Shown: positions 9,693 through 18,619, numbered from the stretch's first letter. The stretch is 23,841 bases of DNA from Promethearchaeota archaeon (GCA_048938855.1 JBHLLT010000035.1:1-23841); one strand, 5' to 3'. A program made the numbers and translations. Notes: generated by a model not told the origin, from the sequence alone.

Positions 9693-11441
9693 TTGGTTAT
9701 GGTTGAGAAGGATATTAAGTACAAAAAGAAAAGAAAAATTTTTAAAACGTTAAATAAAAAACAAAAAATCGGTTTGGGAACTACAAGTGCCATAGCAGTA
9801 GCTGCTATTTTTAGTGGGGTTTACTTTTTTTTTGTACTACAAGAAAAACCAGAGTTCATTTTTAAGTGCGGCTTAGCGGATGGTCCCGATTCTATTGATC
9901 CACTTAAAAATCCCGTTCCAACAAATGAGAATCTGATAATATTAGATCAAATTGCAGAAGGTTTATTCGCTTATGATCAAAATAAAACAGATACACCTGT
10001 AGTTCCGAACTTGGCATTAAATGGGACTTGGAGCCCAGATCACTTAAATTTCACTTGTATATTAAGAACGAATGTTACTTTCCATGATGGAACACCTTTT
10101 AATGCCCCTGCGGTTAAGTGGAACTTCGAGAGAATTTATAGATTTATTGAAACTATGCCCAATGATCAAATATGGGCTTGGGAATCTGCATATCTAACTT
10201 CAAAAAGAGAACCAATTATCAACCATACTGAAATAATTGATAATTATACCATAAAATTTGTGTTAAACCAACCTTATGTTCCTATAAGAGAATTATTAGC
10301 CCTTTGGAACTCTTATATACTTTCGCCAACTTCTACGCCCGAAGATGATTTTATCGATATTAGAACAGGAAGATTAGTTGGAACAGGACCTTTCATTCTC
10401 GATAACTGTGAGGTAAATTATTGGGGAGAAAGTACAGAAACCCAAATGCATGCTAATCCAGATTATTGGGATGGAGTGCCATCAATTAATAAAGTAGTTT
10501 TCCTAGATTTGGGAGATTCAGAAAGAATAGAAAGAATGCTATCTGGAGATCTTTCATATATTTGGGGGAATCGTGATAATGACACACTTGATAATTTTAA
10601 ATCAAATCCAGAATTTAGGGTATTGCCGAAAAAAATGATGAGTTTATGGTATTTTGGAATGAATAACAAAATTATAAATCTTACAATGAGAAAAGCAATC
10701 TCATACGCTTTTAATTATAATCATTATCTTAAAGAAGTGTGGGGAGGGCACGCAGAGAAGGCAAAATCGCCTCTTGCAAAGCAAATGCGATATTCTAACT
10801 GGGAAGATTTTAATGTACCCTATTATAATATTACACGAGCAAGACAAATTTTACTAAATGCAAATTGGCCTGGTACAGCCGGTTTAACAGCTAACGATAA
10901 TATTTCGGCTGGAAATGAATGGGAATCATTGGCAAATAGCCCCTCCCCTCTAGGAATATATAATTTTTCAGTTAGTAACTCATTTATGGAATTAGCAGCT
11001 AATCTAGCTATTGAAGATCTTAAACAAATAGGATTGAAAGTAAACTTAAATTCAATGGGATCTTTAGTATTAGAGCATAAATTGAATGAGGGGGAATTTA
11101 ATATTGTGACTCTAGGATGGGGAGTCGTTTCTAATGACCCTGTCGATGTTATTAATCCATTATATTCAAGTAAACTTGATGGAATAGGAAATTATTGGAA
11201 TTTTAATGATACGCAGATACAACAATGGATGGAGGATGCTCTTCAAGAGTTCAATGAATCTACTAGAGAGCAATTATACTTTAATATTCAGCAGCTTCTT
11301 ATTGAAGAACTCAATCCAGTTGTTTGCCTGGCTAATCCTATAAGATATGATATTTGGGATTCAGATGTAAAGGGGATTCCAATTGATGGTGCTCCTTTAA
11401 GATTCATCCTAAAATATGCATATCTAAATGATTCATCTTAA
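9693..11441 (+). CDS. ABC transporter substrate-binding protein, family 5 (OppA/DppA-like), membrane anchored
   Basis: EGLF, PNLA..W, LR.NVTFHDGTPFNA.AVKWNFER, VGTGPF, NPDYW, MRKAISYAFN motifs; N-terminal TM. Likely start is ATG at 9699. No permease or ATPase genes adjacent. Confidence 0.93.
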   Translation: MVMVEKDIKYKKKRKIFKTLNKKQKIGLGTTSAIAVAAIFSGVYFFFVLQEKPEFIFKCGLADGPDSIDPLKNPVPTNENLIILDQIAEGLFAYDQNKTDTPVVPNLALNGTWSPDHLNFTCILRTNVTFHDGTPFNAPAVKWNFERIYRFIETMPNDQIWAWESAYLTSKREPIINHTEIIDNYTIKFVLNQPYVPIRELLALWNSYILSPTSTPEDDFIDIRTGRLVGTGPFILDNCEVNYWGESTETQMHANPDYWDGVPSINKVVFLDLGDSERIERMLSGDLSYIWGNRDNDTLDNFKSNPEFRVLPKKMMSLWYFGMNNKIINLTMRKAISYAFNYNHYLKEVWGGHAEKAKSPLAKQMRYSNWEDFNVPYYNITRARQILLNANWPGTAGLTANDNISAGNEWESLANSPSPLGIYNFSVSNSFMELAANLAIEDLKQIGLKVNLNSMGSLVLEHKLNEGEFNIVTLGWGVVSNDPVDVINPLYSSKLDGIGNYWNFNDTQIQQWMEDALQEFNESTREQLYFNIQQLLIEELNPVVCLANPIRYDIWDSDVKGIPIDGAPLRFILKYAYLNDSS

Positions 11442-12448
11442 GTTGGGATACTATAGAGATCCCACAGATAATTGCCCCCATCCCATTTAAAGAAAGAGAA
11501 ATTATAGTTATTTTGAGTGGGATAATCTGTGGAATTATAATATTGTCCAATATCTGGTGGAATTATATCCCTGTCGAATCCATCCCATGAATTTTCTGGT
11601 TCATGACCATGGCTTGTTGCATTATAAAATACAAATCGAGCTCCAATATCGGGAGAAAAATCTTTATAAATTACGGTGATATTCCCAGTTTTTGTGATTC
11701 CCATCCCAGTAATATTAGCCCCCATTTCAGAATATTGGATAATCTCAAATAAAATATACCCAACTTTATTTTTGAGAGTCAAAAGACTATTATGAGTATA
11801 TTTGTTATTTTTAGTTATTAATGTTGCATTTCCATCATTTACAGTTCCAGATATATTCCCTCCCACCTCACAATTAATAAATTCATAAATTATATCACCG
11901 TTAATTACATTTAAGAGTAAATTGCTTACAGTAATTCCCAATGCAGAGAAATTTATAGCTCCTTCGCTTACAAAAGCATTTATGCTAAAAACAATATCAG
12001 CCCTTAGCTGAATATTAATCTTAATATTTGCTATGTGTAAGTTGGAAAATTCTACTAACTTGTCAAAAATTAATACCATTGTGAAATTTAATGGTGATGT
12101 CAAGTTTTCCCAGCCTATACTAAAGAAATCCAAATATGATTTACTTCTTAAATTAGGACCTGCCATTTCAATATCTACGTCTATCTTGACGAGATAATCT
12201 ACAGATGGAGGAACGTATTTTATATCAATAATACCTACATCAGTAACTAAATTCAATTCTTTGTTAATAGGTGGGGCCTCTGTTCTATATTTATATGTGA
12301 GAGACTTATTAATTTTGCTAAAGTGCGCAAATTCAGAAAAAATAACTAATGTAGGAATACTTATAATAGAAAAAACGAAGATTATGTATATTATAATAAG
12401 TATTGCTTTATAATTTCGCTCCATCTTAAATAAGTGAAACAAGTCCAA
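11438..12448 (-). CDS. Membrane-anchored DUF4097-like beta-solenoid protein (paralog of 3055..4152)
   Basis: Shared blocks with 3055..4152: DFF.I.WEN, LR.D..(Y/F), QY.EMGANITG, IGA.F. Likely start is ATG at 12424. Convergent 4-nt overlap with the SBP gene. Confidence 0.7.
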   Translation of the reverse strand: MDLFHLFKMERNYKAILIIIYIIFVFSIISIPTLVIFSEFAHFSKINKSLTYKYRTEAPPINKELNLVTDVGIIDIKYVPPSVDYLVKIDVDIEMAGPNLRSKSYLDFFSIGWENLTSPLNFTMVLIFDKLVEFSNLHIANIKINIQLRADIVFSINAFVSEGAINFSALGITVSNLLLNVINGDIIYEFINCEVGGNISGTVNDGNATLITKNNKYTHNSLLTLKNKVGYILFEIIQYSEMGANITGMGITKTGNITVIYKDFSPDIGARFVFYNATSHGHEPENSWDGFDRDIIPPDIGQYYNSTDYPTQNNYNFSFFKWDGGNYLWDLYSIPT

Positions 12449-12606
12449 TTGCTTTAAGTAATTAGATAAGATAGATTAATATTTAAATTATTTACTAAAT
12501 ATTTTTCAATTATATATTTAGATCTAATTTACTAGAAAATTCATAATTTATTAATATTGAAATTCCCTAATAGTTATTTATTAAATACCTCAACCACGCA
12601 AATATT

Positions 12607-13599
12607 ATGGTTTTTGATCCAATAGAACGTTTTTTTTCAAGTATGGCTATTTTTATGCTAGCTCTCTGCAGTATTTTATATTTCTCTAAAGGATTGAAGA
12701 AAAAGGATAAAAATGAAAAATTTTTATTAGTAGGATTTGGTGTATTCTGGTTTATTATCGCGGTAACACGATCCTTCTTTTTTATTGTCGATTACATTCT
12801 AGAAGGGATATATACCGGAGATTTGAATATAATAATCCTGACCTACGATGTTACTAATTATATTATTTTATATTTTTACTTATATCTGTATGGTTATGTA
12901 TTTTTTAGTACTACAGTTGTAACATTATTTTTTATTAGATCCTCATTGAAATCGGATCGTGAATTTCAAATTATTTCTTCAGTCATAACCTTTGGATTAG
13001 TACTTTTCTTAATTGGATGGAGCTCAGAATTGATTCTTATAAAATATTTAAACCTTTTTTCTCCTAGTTTAGGACCAGTTTTTATTCTCTTAGGAGGCTT
13101 TATTGCTACATCTCCACAAATTGGGCATTTCGAATTATTTTCAAAAAAAATCATTAAACCAATTATTTTGATTATGATATGTTTACTAGTTGTATTTGTG
13201 ATTTCAATGTTATTCATTAATCTTCAATTAGTAGATTTATTTTTAATTATAATTTGGATTGGTCTTCTTACAATAATTTTTATTGCGGGTTATTTAATTT
13301 ACTTTTATAGTAGAAGAGGAGAACCGGCTGTTGAGAAAGATGATCTCCAAGATACTTTAAGAGTTTTTAGTAAGCCTTTACATTTTAGCATAGAAGATGT
13401 TAAATATAGCAGGGATAAAGGGTTCTGTTTAGTATGTAAAAATAAGATTTCAGGATTAAGCTATATTTGTCCAAACTGTGAAGCATGGTACTGTTTAAAA
13501 TGTCGTGATGCTTTAATTGAGATAGAAAATTCATGTTGGGGCTGTGAAACTCCATTTATAGAGAGTAAATCTAAAAAAATGTTCAAAAGATCTAAATAA
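12607..13599 (+). CDS. Polytopic (~7 TM) membrane protein with C-terminal C4C4 RING-type zinc finger; candidate E3 ligase
   Basis: About seven hydrophobic segments followed by CLVC-x10-CPNC-x4-CLKC-x10-CWGC. Confidence 0.75.
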   Translation: MVFDPIERFFSSMAIFMLALCSILYFSKGLKKKDKNEKFLLVGFGVFWFIIAVTRSFFFIVDYILEGIYTGDLNIIILTYDVTNYIILYFYLYLYGYVFFSTTVVTLFFIRSSLKSDREFQIISSVITFGLVLFLIGWSSELILIKYLNLFSPSLGPVFILLGGFIATSPQIGHFELFSKKIIKPIILIMICLLVVFVISMLFINLQLVDLFLIIIWIGLLTIIFIAGYLIYFYSRRGEPAVEKDDLQDTLRVFSKPLHFSIEDVKYSRDKGFCLVCKNKISGLSYICPNCEAWYCLKCRDALIEIENSCWGCETPFIESKSKKMFKRSK

Positions 13600-13622
13600 T
13601 CAAATATAAAAAGGTGAGTTAA

Positions 13623-13811
13623 ATGATAGAATTTATATTTCTAATTCTAATTATTTCATTAGTAATTACCTTTATTGTTTCAATCTTAATATCGATATGG
13701 GTGTACATTGATGCTAAAAGCAGAGAATTGAATGTTTTCTTATGGATTCTAATCGTGTGGGTAATTCCATTTTCATTAGGAATAATATTATATCTAAAAG
13801 GAAGAGAATAA
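13623..13811 (+). CDS. Small 2-TM membrane protein (PLDc_N-like)
   Basis: WVYIDAKSR....LWILIV..IP..LG.ILYL pattern; AGGTGAG SD upstream. Confidence 0.75.
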   Translation: MIEFIFLILIISLVITFIVSILISIWVYIDAKSRELNVFLWILIVWVIPFSLGIILYLKGRE

Positions 13812-13904
13812 CAAATTAATACAACACTAATATCTTTTTTAACATTAATATCTATAATAAAATTAATTATTGATTTTAAAAAAGTAATTATCTCTGGTGT
13901 AAAA

Positions 13905-14945
13905 TTGATTCCTGTTCAAATTATATTAACCGGAGAAAAGGGTGTAGGAAAGCATACAATATTGAATTTATTCCCAGAGGAAACTATTTTAGAAATTGAT
14001 TTAAATTTAAATGAATTTCCAAAAAAATCTATTGATCTAACTAAATTAGGAAATATCGACCAATGTATCTTACGAATTATTGATTTAGAAGATTTGATTG
14101 ATAAATTTGATTCTTTCAAAGATTTATTAGATTCTACTGACATAATTTGTTTTGTTTTAAATTCCGTTATAAATGATATAGAAAATAATCAAAAAATATT
14201 ATCAAATTTAAAAGAAAAAGTCTCAGATGTTAGTTTTTATATAATTGCTAATTTTCAGGATAAAGAAGAATTAGCATTAGATGTGAATAAAATAGAAGCA
14301 ATATTAAAAGAGAAGACTTTTGGATTTTCTGCCATTCAACATGCTTCTAAAGAAAGAATATTTTCGATTATCGACGAAATTGTAAGAATGACAATTGAAG
14401 GAAAAGATGAAAAAAAGCACAAATTTACAAAATACGATGATTTATGGTTAGAACTTGAAAAAGCAAGAGTATTTGAAACAGAAGGAGACAGAATTAAAGC
14501 GATAGCAAAATTTTCAAATGTAGCATCTCAGATCAAAAACCTCTCTTTAGTGATGGAATTAGAAAATGAACGAGAAGAGCTTGAAGCATTACATTATTTA
14601 TGCAAAGCATGGGAATGTATGATATATGCAGAAGAATATCAGGAACCATTGAAATTTTCAGAAGCAATGAATCATTTTGTTCAAGCAAGCGAAATTATTG
14701 ATGACAATAAGCTAAAGCAAGTATTATTAGGAGATTCAGAATTTTGTAAAATTCTAAAGTTTGGTATGGAATTCGAGCATTCAAATCAAACTAGAATTAG
14801 GACTAATGATTATTTGAAAATTAAAGAATTTTTTAATAAAATAATGGAGTTATATAAACAAGGGAGTTTTGAAAAAGGTGTAAATTGGGCTTTAGCTAAA
14901 GCTTCTTATTTTGATGAATTTGTTAAGGAATTTAAAAAAGATTGA
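13905..14945 (+). CDS. Degenerate small-GTPase-like (Ras/Arf fold) domain plus helical TPR-like C-terminus
   Basis: G1 GEKGVGKH (no S/T), G3 region IIDLED (no DxxG), G4 NFQD, G5 FSA. TTG start with GGTG upstream. Confidence 0.75.
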   Translation: MIPVQIILTGEKGVGKHTILNLFPEETILEIDLNLNEFPKKSIDLTKLGNIDQCILRIIDLEDLIDKFDSFKDLLDSTDIICFVLNSVINDIENNQKILSNLKEKVSDVSFYIIANFQDKEELALDVNKIEAILKEKTFGFSAIQHASKERIFSIIDEIVRMTIEGKDEKKHKFTKYDDLWLELEKARVFETEGDRIKAIAKFSNVASQIKNLSLVMELENEREELEALHYLCKAWECMIYAEEYQEPLKFSEAMNHFVQASEIIDDNKLKQVLLGDSEFCKILKFGMEFEHSNQTRIRTNDYLKIKEFFNKIMELYKQGSFEKGVNWALAKASYFDEFVKEFKKD

Positions 14946-14950
14946 ATAAT

Positions 14951-15205
14951 TTACCCCCCTATTACTTTCGCCCATAATTCGAGTTTTTCATTTTCTTTTA
15001 AACCATAATTTTTAATTACATCTCCAATTGTAATCGTGTTAGGTAATTCTTTTCCTTTATAAATTAAAGCAAAAGAACGTTGTTCAGAAGTTATGATATT
15101 CATATGCTTAACCACAATAGTTATAATACTTTCTACTAAATGCCTTTCATTGACATCTAATTTAATTATTTTACCTCCTCGCGTATCTTCAACAGAGACT
15201 ATCAT
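14951..15205 (-). CDS. Ubiquitin-like protein with C-terminal Gly-Gly
   Basis: 84 aa beta-grasp size; LIYKGKEL resembles ubiquitin LIFAGKQL; YGLKENEKLEL; ends VIGG-stop. Confidence 0.9.
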   Translation of the reverse strand: MIVSVEDTRGGKIIKLDVNERHLVESIITIVVKHMNIITSEQRSFALIYKGKELPNTITIGDVIKNYGLKENEKLELWAKVIGG

Positions 15206-15300
15206 ATTATTATAATATTTTTTTGATTAATTCAAGATATTAGTAAAATAATAGTACCCACATTATAATTATTGTTAAGTAAATAATTACATGCTAAGCA

Positions 15301-15344
15301 TTTTTAGATTTAACTTCGGAAGATTTTATAAAGTCCGAAGTGTA
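15301..15344 (-). promoter_or_regulatory. 44-nt palindromic operator/promoter, copy A (upstream of the Ubl gene)
   Basis: Minus strand reads TACACTTCGGACTTTATAAAATCTTCCGAAGTTAAATCTAAAAA, a perfect CTTCGGA-N13-TCCGAAG; ~95 nt before the Ubl ATG. Confidence 0.75.
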
Positions 15345-15420
15345 GGAAACTTTGAAGAATTTCTAATATTAATTTCAAAATTTAATTAAGTTCATAAAAT
15401 AAAAAAAAGAATTTAGTTTT

Positions 15421-16086
15421 TTATTTTTTGATTTTTCTCTTTTCAACTATAATAATTGAGACTATGACTGTAGCACTAATTAATAAAAAGTAACTAAATC
15501 CTGGTACACTTGGGACTCCAGCACTTACAAGTTCATATGTATGATAATCCGTAGAATATTTACTAGTACCATTAACGAGAAATCCTCTCTGTTTTTCATA
15601 CCATACTTCACTCCCAAAACTATCCTTTAAAATCCAACAATCCATCGTATCATGCATTCCTTCACCAGTAACGTTGAATATAGTGTCAGCATTACCTGTA
15701 TGAACCCACTTCCAAATATTACACATTATAATTGAATCATCTATGGAAATGTCAGTGTGAATCCAAAAGCAATCATGAGTATCATTGAATACTCCGAAGT
15801 TCTGGTTATTTGATGCAATCCTAGTACTGGTGTTAGAATCCCAAAACCCCACATCATTAATAGGAGTTCCCAATCTCCATGTTATATGCATAATCTCACT
15901 CGATCTTCGAGTGAATATAAGTGTGCTTTTATGGGTTGGCATCACGCTAGAACTAAGGTTATGAACAACCTGCAATCCATTAGGTATACTAACTACATTG
16001 GAATGTCCAATCATCAGAAAATTGGAAAACAATATTGAACACATAATGAGCGACAAAAAGCCTTTTATTGCATTTGATCTTTTCAT
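15421..16086 (-). CDS. Secreted cell-surface protein with VPGF-TM-basic C-terminal sorting signal (Loki-CTERM/PGF-CTERM-like)
   Basis: Signal peptide; C-terminus VPGFSYFLL..TM..KRKIKK; paralog of 17810..18466. Confidence 0.85.
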   Translation of the reverse strand: MKRSNAIKGFLSLIMCSILFSNFLMIGHSNVVSIPNGLQVVHNLSSSVMPTHKSTLIFTRRSSEIMHITWRLGTPINDVGFWDSNTSTRIASNNQNFGVFNDTHDCFWIHTDISIDDSIIMCNIWKWVHTGNADTIFNVTGEGMHDTMDCWILKDSFGSEVWYEKQRGFLVNGTSKYSTDYHTYELVSAGVPSVPGFSYFLLISATVIVSIIIVEKRKIKK

Positions 16087-16140
16087 AATAATTTCAACCT
16101 CAATTTTATTTAGATCCTAGATAAATATATCATCATGTTA

Positions 16141-16184
16141 TTTTTAGATTTAACTTCGGAATCTTGTAAAAAGCGCGAATTAAG
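16141..16184 (-). promoter_or_regulatory. 44-nt operator/promoter, copy B
   Basis: Minus strand reads CTTAATTCGCGCTTTTTACAAGATTCCGAAGTTAAATCTAAAAA; ~55 nt before the ATG at 16086. Confidence 0.75.
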
Positions 16185-16190
16185 TTTTTA

Positions 16191-17519
16191 TTATTTGTTC
16201 CATCTTTTCTCTAATTCATCTAGGATAGTATATTTTGGAAAATCTTTCAAGAGAGATGACACAAATCCTTTCTTTAATACTATTTCCTTATAATCATCCC
16301 AATCAAAATTTATTATATTTTGATAAACCATACCTTTGAACGTATCTATAACATTGTTAGAAAAATCTTTTCTCTTAAAATCTGTATATAAATATTTGAT
16401 ATATTTAATGAGAAATTTCCCTATGAAGAGCTTCGCTTTTTGATCAAATAATTTATTGCTTATATCTTCTACAATATTTTCGATTAAACTTATTGTTTGT
16501 AAACTTTTCTCTTCTTCTGGAATACTTAGTTGCAGTTTTTGAAGAAAACTAAATTTCATTATGTTTTCATTTATGATTAAGTTTAACATCTTCTCAAATC
16601 TTCCGTTCACTCTGAAATAATAATTTCGATTTCCATCAAAACTTAAATTAAAGAATTCTGATTCATACAAATTCTCTTCCACTATTTTCTGTATAAAAAA
16701 ATTGAGTGTGTTTAATTTAATATCAAATTTGGACGAAAAATTCTCATGAGTTATGAAGTCTGGATACATAGTTGGATGATTAATACAAAGAAATAGAAGA
16801 ATCTTATAAAATTCTCGTTTAGAAGATAATAAACTTTCAGCTTTTGAATAATCCAGATGATTTATTAAATCTAAAAAGATAACCTTGACTTCATCATTAT
16901 CAATTTCATACTTTTCAAGAAAATTCTTTGCTTGTTCTTTAATATCCTCAAGTCTTTTGATTTCTTCGTTTAAAATTTTCTGATAATCTAAACCATATTT
17001 TTTTAATACATTTGAATACTCTGATTCACCAGTTTTAGCCAATCGATATTTATTATCATCTTTTTTAATATATCCTTTTTCTAATAAACGATTTATGTTT
17101 TTTGAAAGAGAATTATTATTGATCAACAGTGGTTTTTCAAGAAAATCTTTCCAAGTGCAAAATTCATTATTATATAACATCCAGAGAATTATATGATCAT
17201 AATTTCGTTTATTTAGGATTAATTCAGGAGGATATCTTAATTTTCTATCGAAAGAGTCTTTAAATCTTAGATCAAAATATCTTTTTCTCCCTTCTGATGT
17301 AATCATATAAAGGCCTTTCTCTTTTTTTTCCACATATCCATTAGTCATTAATAGATTCATATATTTTGATAATGTTGCCAGACTAAATGCTAATGGCTCC
17401 TCTAAAAAGTCGGACCAATTGCATTCCTCATTATTATTTAGCATCCACAAGATAATATATTCAAAATCTTTTTTTTCAATCCCTACTGGGCATATGATCT
17501 CTTGTGGTGGATAATTCAA
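16191..17519 (-). CDS. Putative transcriptional regulator with tandem winged-HTH domains
   Basis: Two homologous N-terminal units (YPP..I......(F/Y)..IILWML.NNE.C.W.DFLE.PL......LSK..N.L...GY..K....Y.....G) with MarR/wHTH character. Confidence 0.75.
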   Translation of the reverse strand: MNYPPQEIICPVGIEKKDFEYIILWMLNNNEECNWSDFLEEPLAFSLATLSKYMNLLMTNGYVEKKEKGLYMITSEGRKRYFDLRFKDSFDRKLRYPPELILNKRNYDHIILWMLYNNEFCTWKDFLEKPLLINNNSLSKNINRLLEKGYIKKDDNKYRLAKTGESEYSNVLKKYGLDYQKILNEEIKRLEDIKEQAKNFLEKYEIDNDEVKVIFLDLINHLDYSKAESLLSSKREFYKILLFLCINHPTMYPDFITHENFSSKFDIKLNTLNFFIQKIVEENLYESEFFNLSFDGNRNYYFRVNGRFEKMLNLIINENIMKFSFLQKLQLSIPEEEKSLQTISLIENIVEDISNKLFDQKAKLFIGKFLIKYIKYLYTDFKRKDFSNNVIDTFKGMVYQNIINFDWDDYKEIVLKKGFVSSLLKDFPKYTILDELEKRWNK

Positions 17520-17706
17520 TCTCTTAGCACTAATCCTTCAAAAACACCTTGGTACTCTTATTCTCTTGGATTACTATTTTAATATATTATCAATTTTTCT
17601 TGAAATACTTATTTAAAAATATGCTACATCAGTTTATATTTCTTTTTTAAAAAACGGGTATATAATTATATTTCTATATATCCTAATTTTTTTTAATGAT
17701 ATTCAA

Positions 17707-17750
17707 TAAACTTCGGACTTTTTCTAATCTTTCGAAGCTTAATCTAAAAA
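17707..17750 (+). promoter_or_regulatory. 44-nt operator/promoter, copy C (divergent intergenic region)
   Basis: TAAACTTCGGACTTTTTCTAATCTTTCGAAGCTTAATCTAAAAA; ~60 nt before the ATG at 17810. Confidence 0.8.
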
Positions 17751-17809
17751 TGTATAGGGAGAGTAAATAATATTTAACAATAATTTTAAATAAAAAAGGT
17801 TTTACAAAA

Positions 17810-18466
17810 ATGAAAAAAAGTTGGTCAATAAGAATCTTTTTGTTTATCATTATTTCTTCGATCTTCTCTTCAAATTTTTTAGCTTTTGGATATTCTAATG
17901 AAGTGGGAATAATTGATGGCTTGATCGTTAATCACATCTATAGATACTATTCTGTTGCTGAAGATGTCCCTTCAAAACTTACTTTCAAAAAAAATCCGAA
18001 TCAAATGTTTCATATTAAGTGGTATTTTGGGGGTTCATGGAATGTGGGAGGATTTTGGGATGTCAATACCAGCACGAGAATCGTATCAAATCAGCAGAGT
18101 CCTGGACCAGATAATGGAGATCATGATCATTCATGGATTTGGACGGATGTTTCGCTGGATGATCAAATTTTAATATTTAATTTCTTCTCAAACGTAGACC
18201 ACGTCTTCAATGTGACAGGTGAAGCGATGCATGGCTCAATGGCAGTATGGATACTAGAAGACAACTATGGGAGTGAAGCGTGGTATGAAAAGGAACGAGG
18301 ATTTCTCGTTAATGGTACATTTAAATATAGTTCAAGCTGGCAAAAATACTCTTTTGTAAGTGTAACTGTTGATCCAGGAATTCCGGGATATAACTATTTT
18401 CTACTATTTGGAGCAATTTTAGGATGTGGAATTATTTTAATTAAATATAGACAAAGAAAGAAATAA
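17810..18466 (+). CDS. Secreted cell-surface protein with IPGY-TM-basic C-terminal sorting signal (paralog of 15421..16086)
   Basis: Signal peptide; shared blocks GFWD.NTSTRI.SN, FNVTGE.MH, GSE.WYEK.RGFLVNGT.KYS; C-terminus IPGYNYFLL..TM..RQRKK. Confidence 0.85.
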   Translation: MKKSWSIRIFLFIIISSIFSSNFLAFGYSNEVGIIDGLIVNHIYRYYSVAEDVPSKLTFKKNPNQMFHIKWYFGGSWNVGGFWDVNTSTRIVSNQQSPGPDNGDHDHSWIWTDVSLDDQILIFNFFSNVDHVFNVTGEAMHGSMAVWILEDNYGSEAWYEKERGFLVNGTFKYSSSWQKYSFVSVTVDPGIPGYNYFLLFGAILGCGIILIKYRQRKK

Positions 18467-18480
18467 TGTTTTATAAATAT

Positions 18481-18527
18481 AAAAAATAGTGCCATTAAAA
18501 GCGCTTTAATTCTATTTTTTTTTTTTT
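18481..18527 (+). terminator. Hairpin plus T13 terminator after 17810..18466
   Basis: AAAAAATAG/CTATTTTTT outer stem, ATTAAA/TTTAAT inner stem, T-run at 18515-18527. Confidence 0.55.
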
Positions 18528-18575
18528 GAAATTGAAGTTTATATTATTGAACAGTCATCTTAAGCATTAAAGGAT

Positions 18576-18619
18576 TAAACTTCGAGCTTTTCCTAATCTT
18601 CCGAAGCTAAATCTAAAAA
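18576..18619 (+). promoter_or_regulatory. 44-nt operator/promoter, copy D
   Basis: TAAACTTCGAGCTTTTCCTAATCTTCCGAAGCTAAATCTAAAAA; ~60 nt before the ATG at 18681. Confidence 0.8.

Noticed and set aside
9693-11441. Orphan OppA-like protein without permeases
   Set aside because: Stand-alone family-5 binding proteins are common, and partner genes may be elsewhere in the genome.
15301-18619. 44-nt repeats as a CRISPR array or transposon ends
   Set aside because: Copies are separated by whole genes, lie on both strands, and each sits a short distance upstream of a start codon; no cas gene or transposase.
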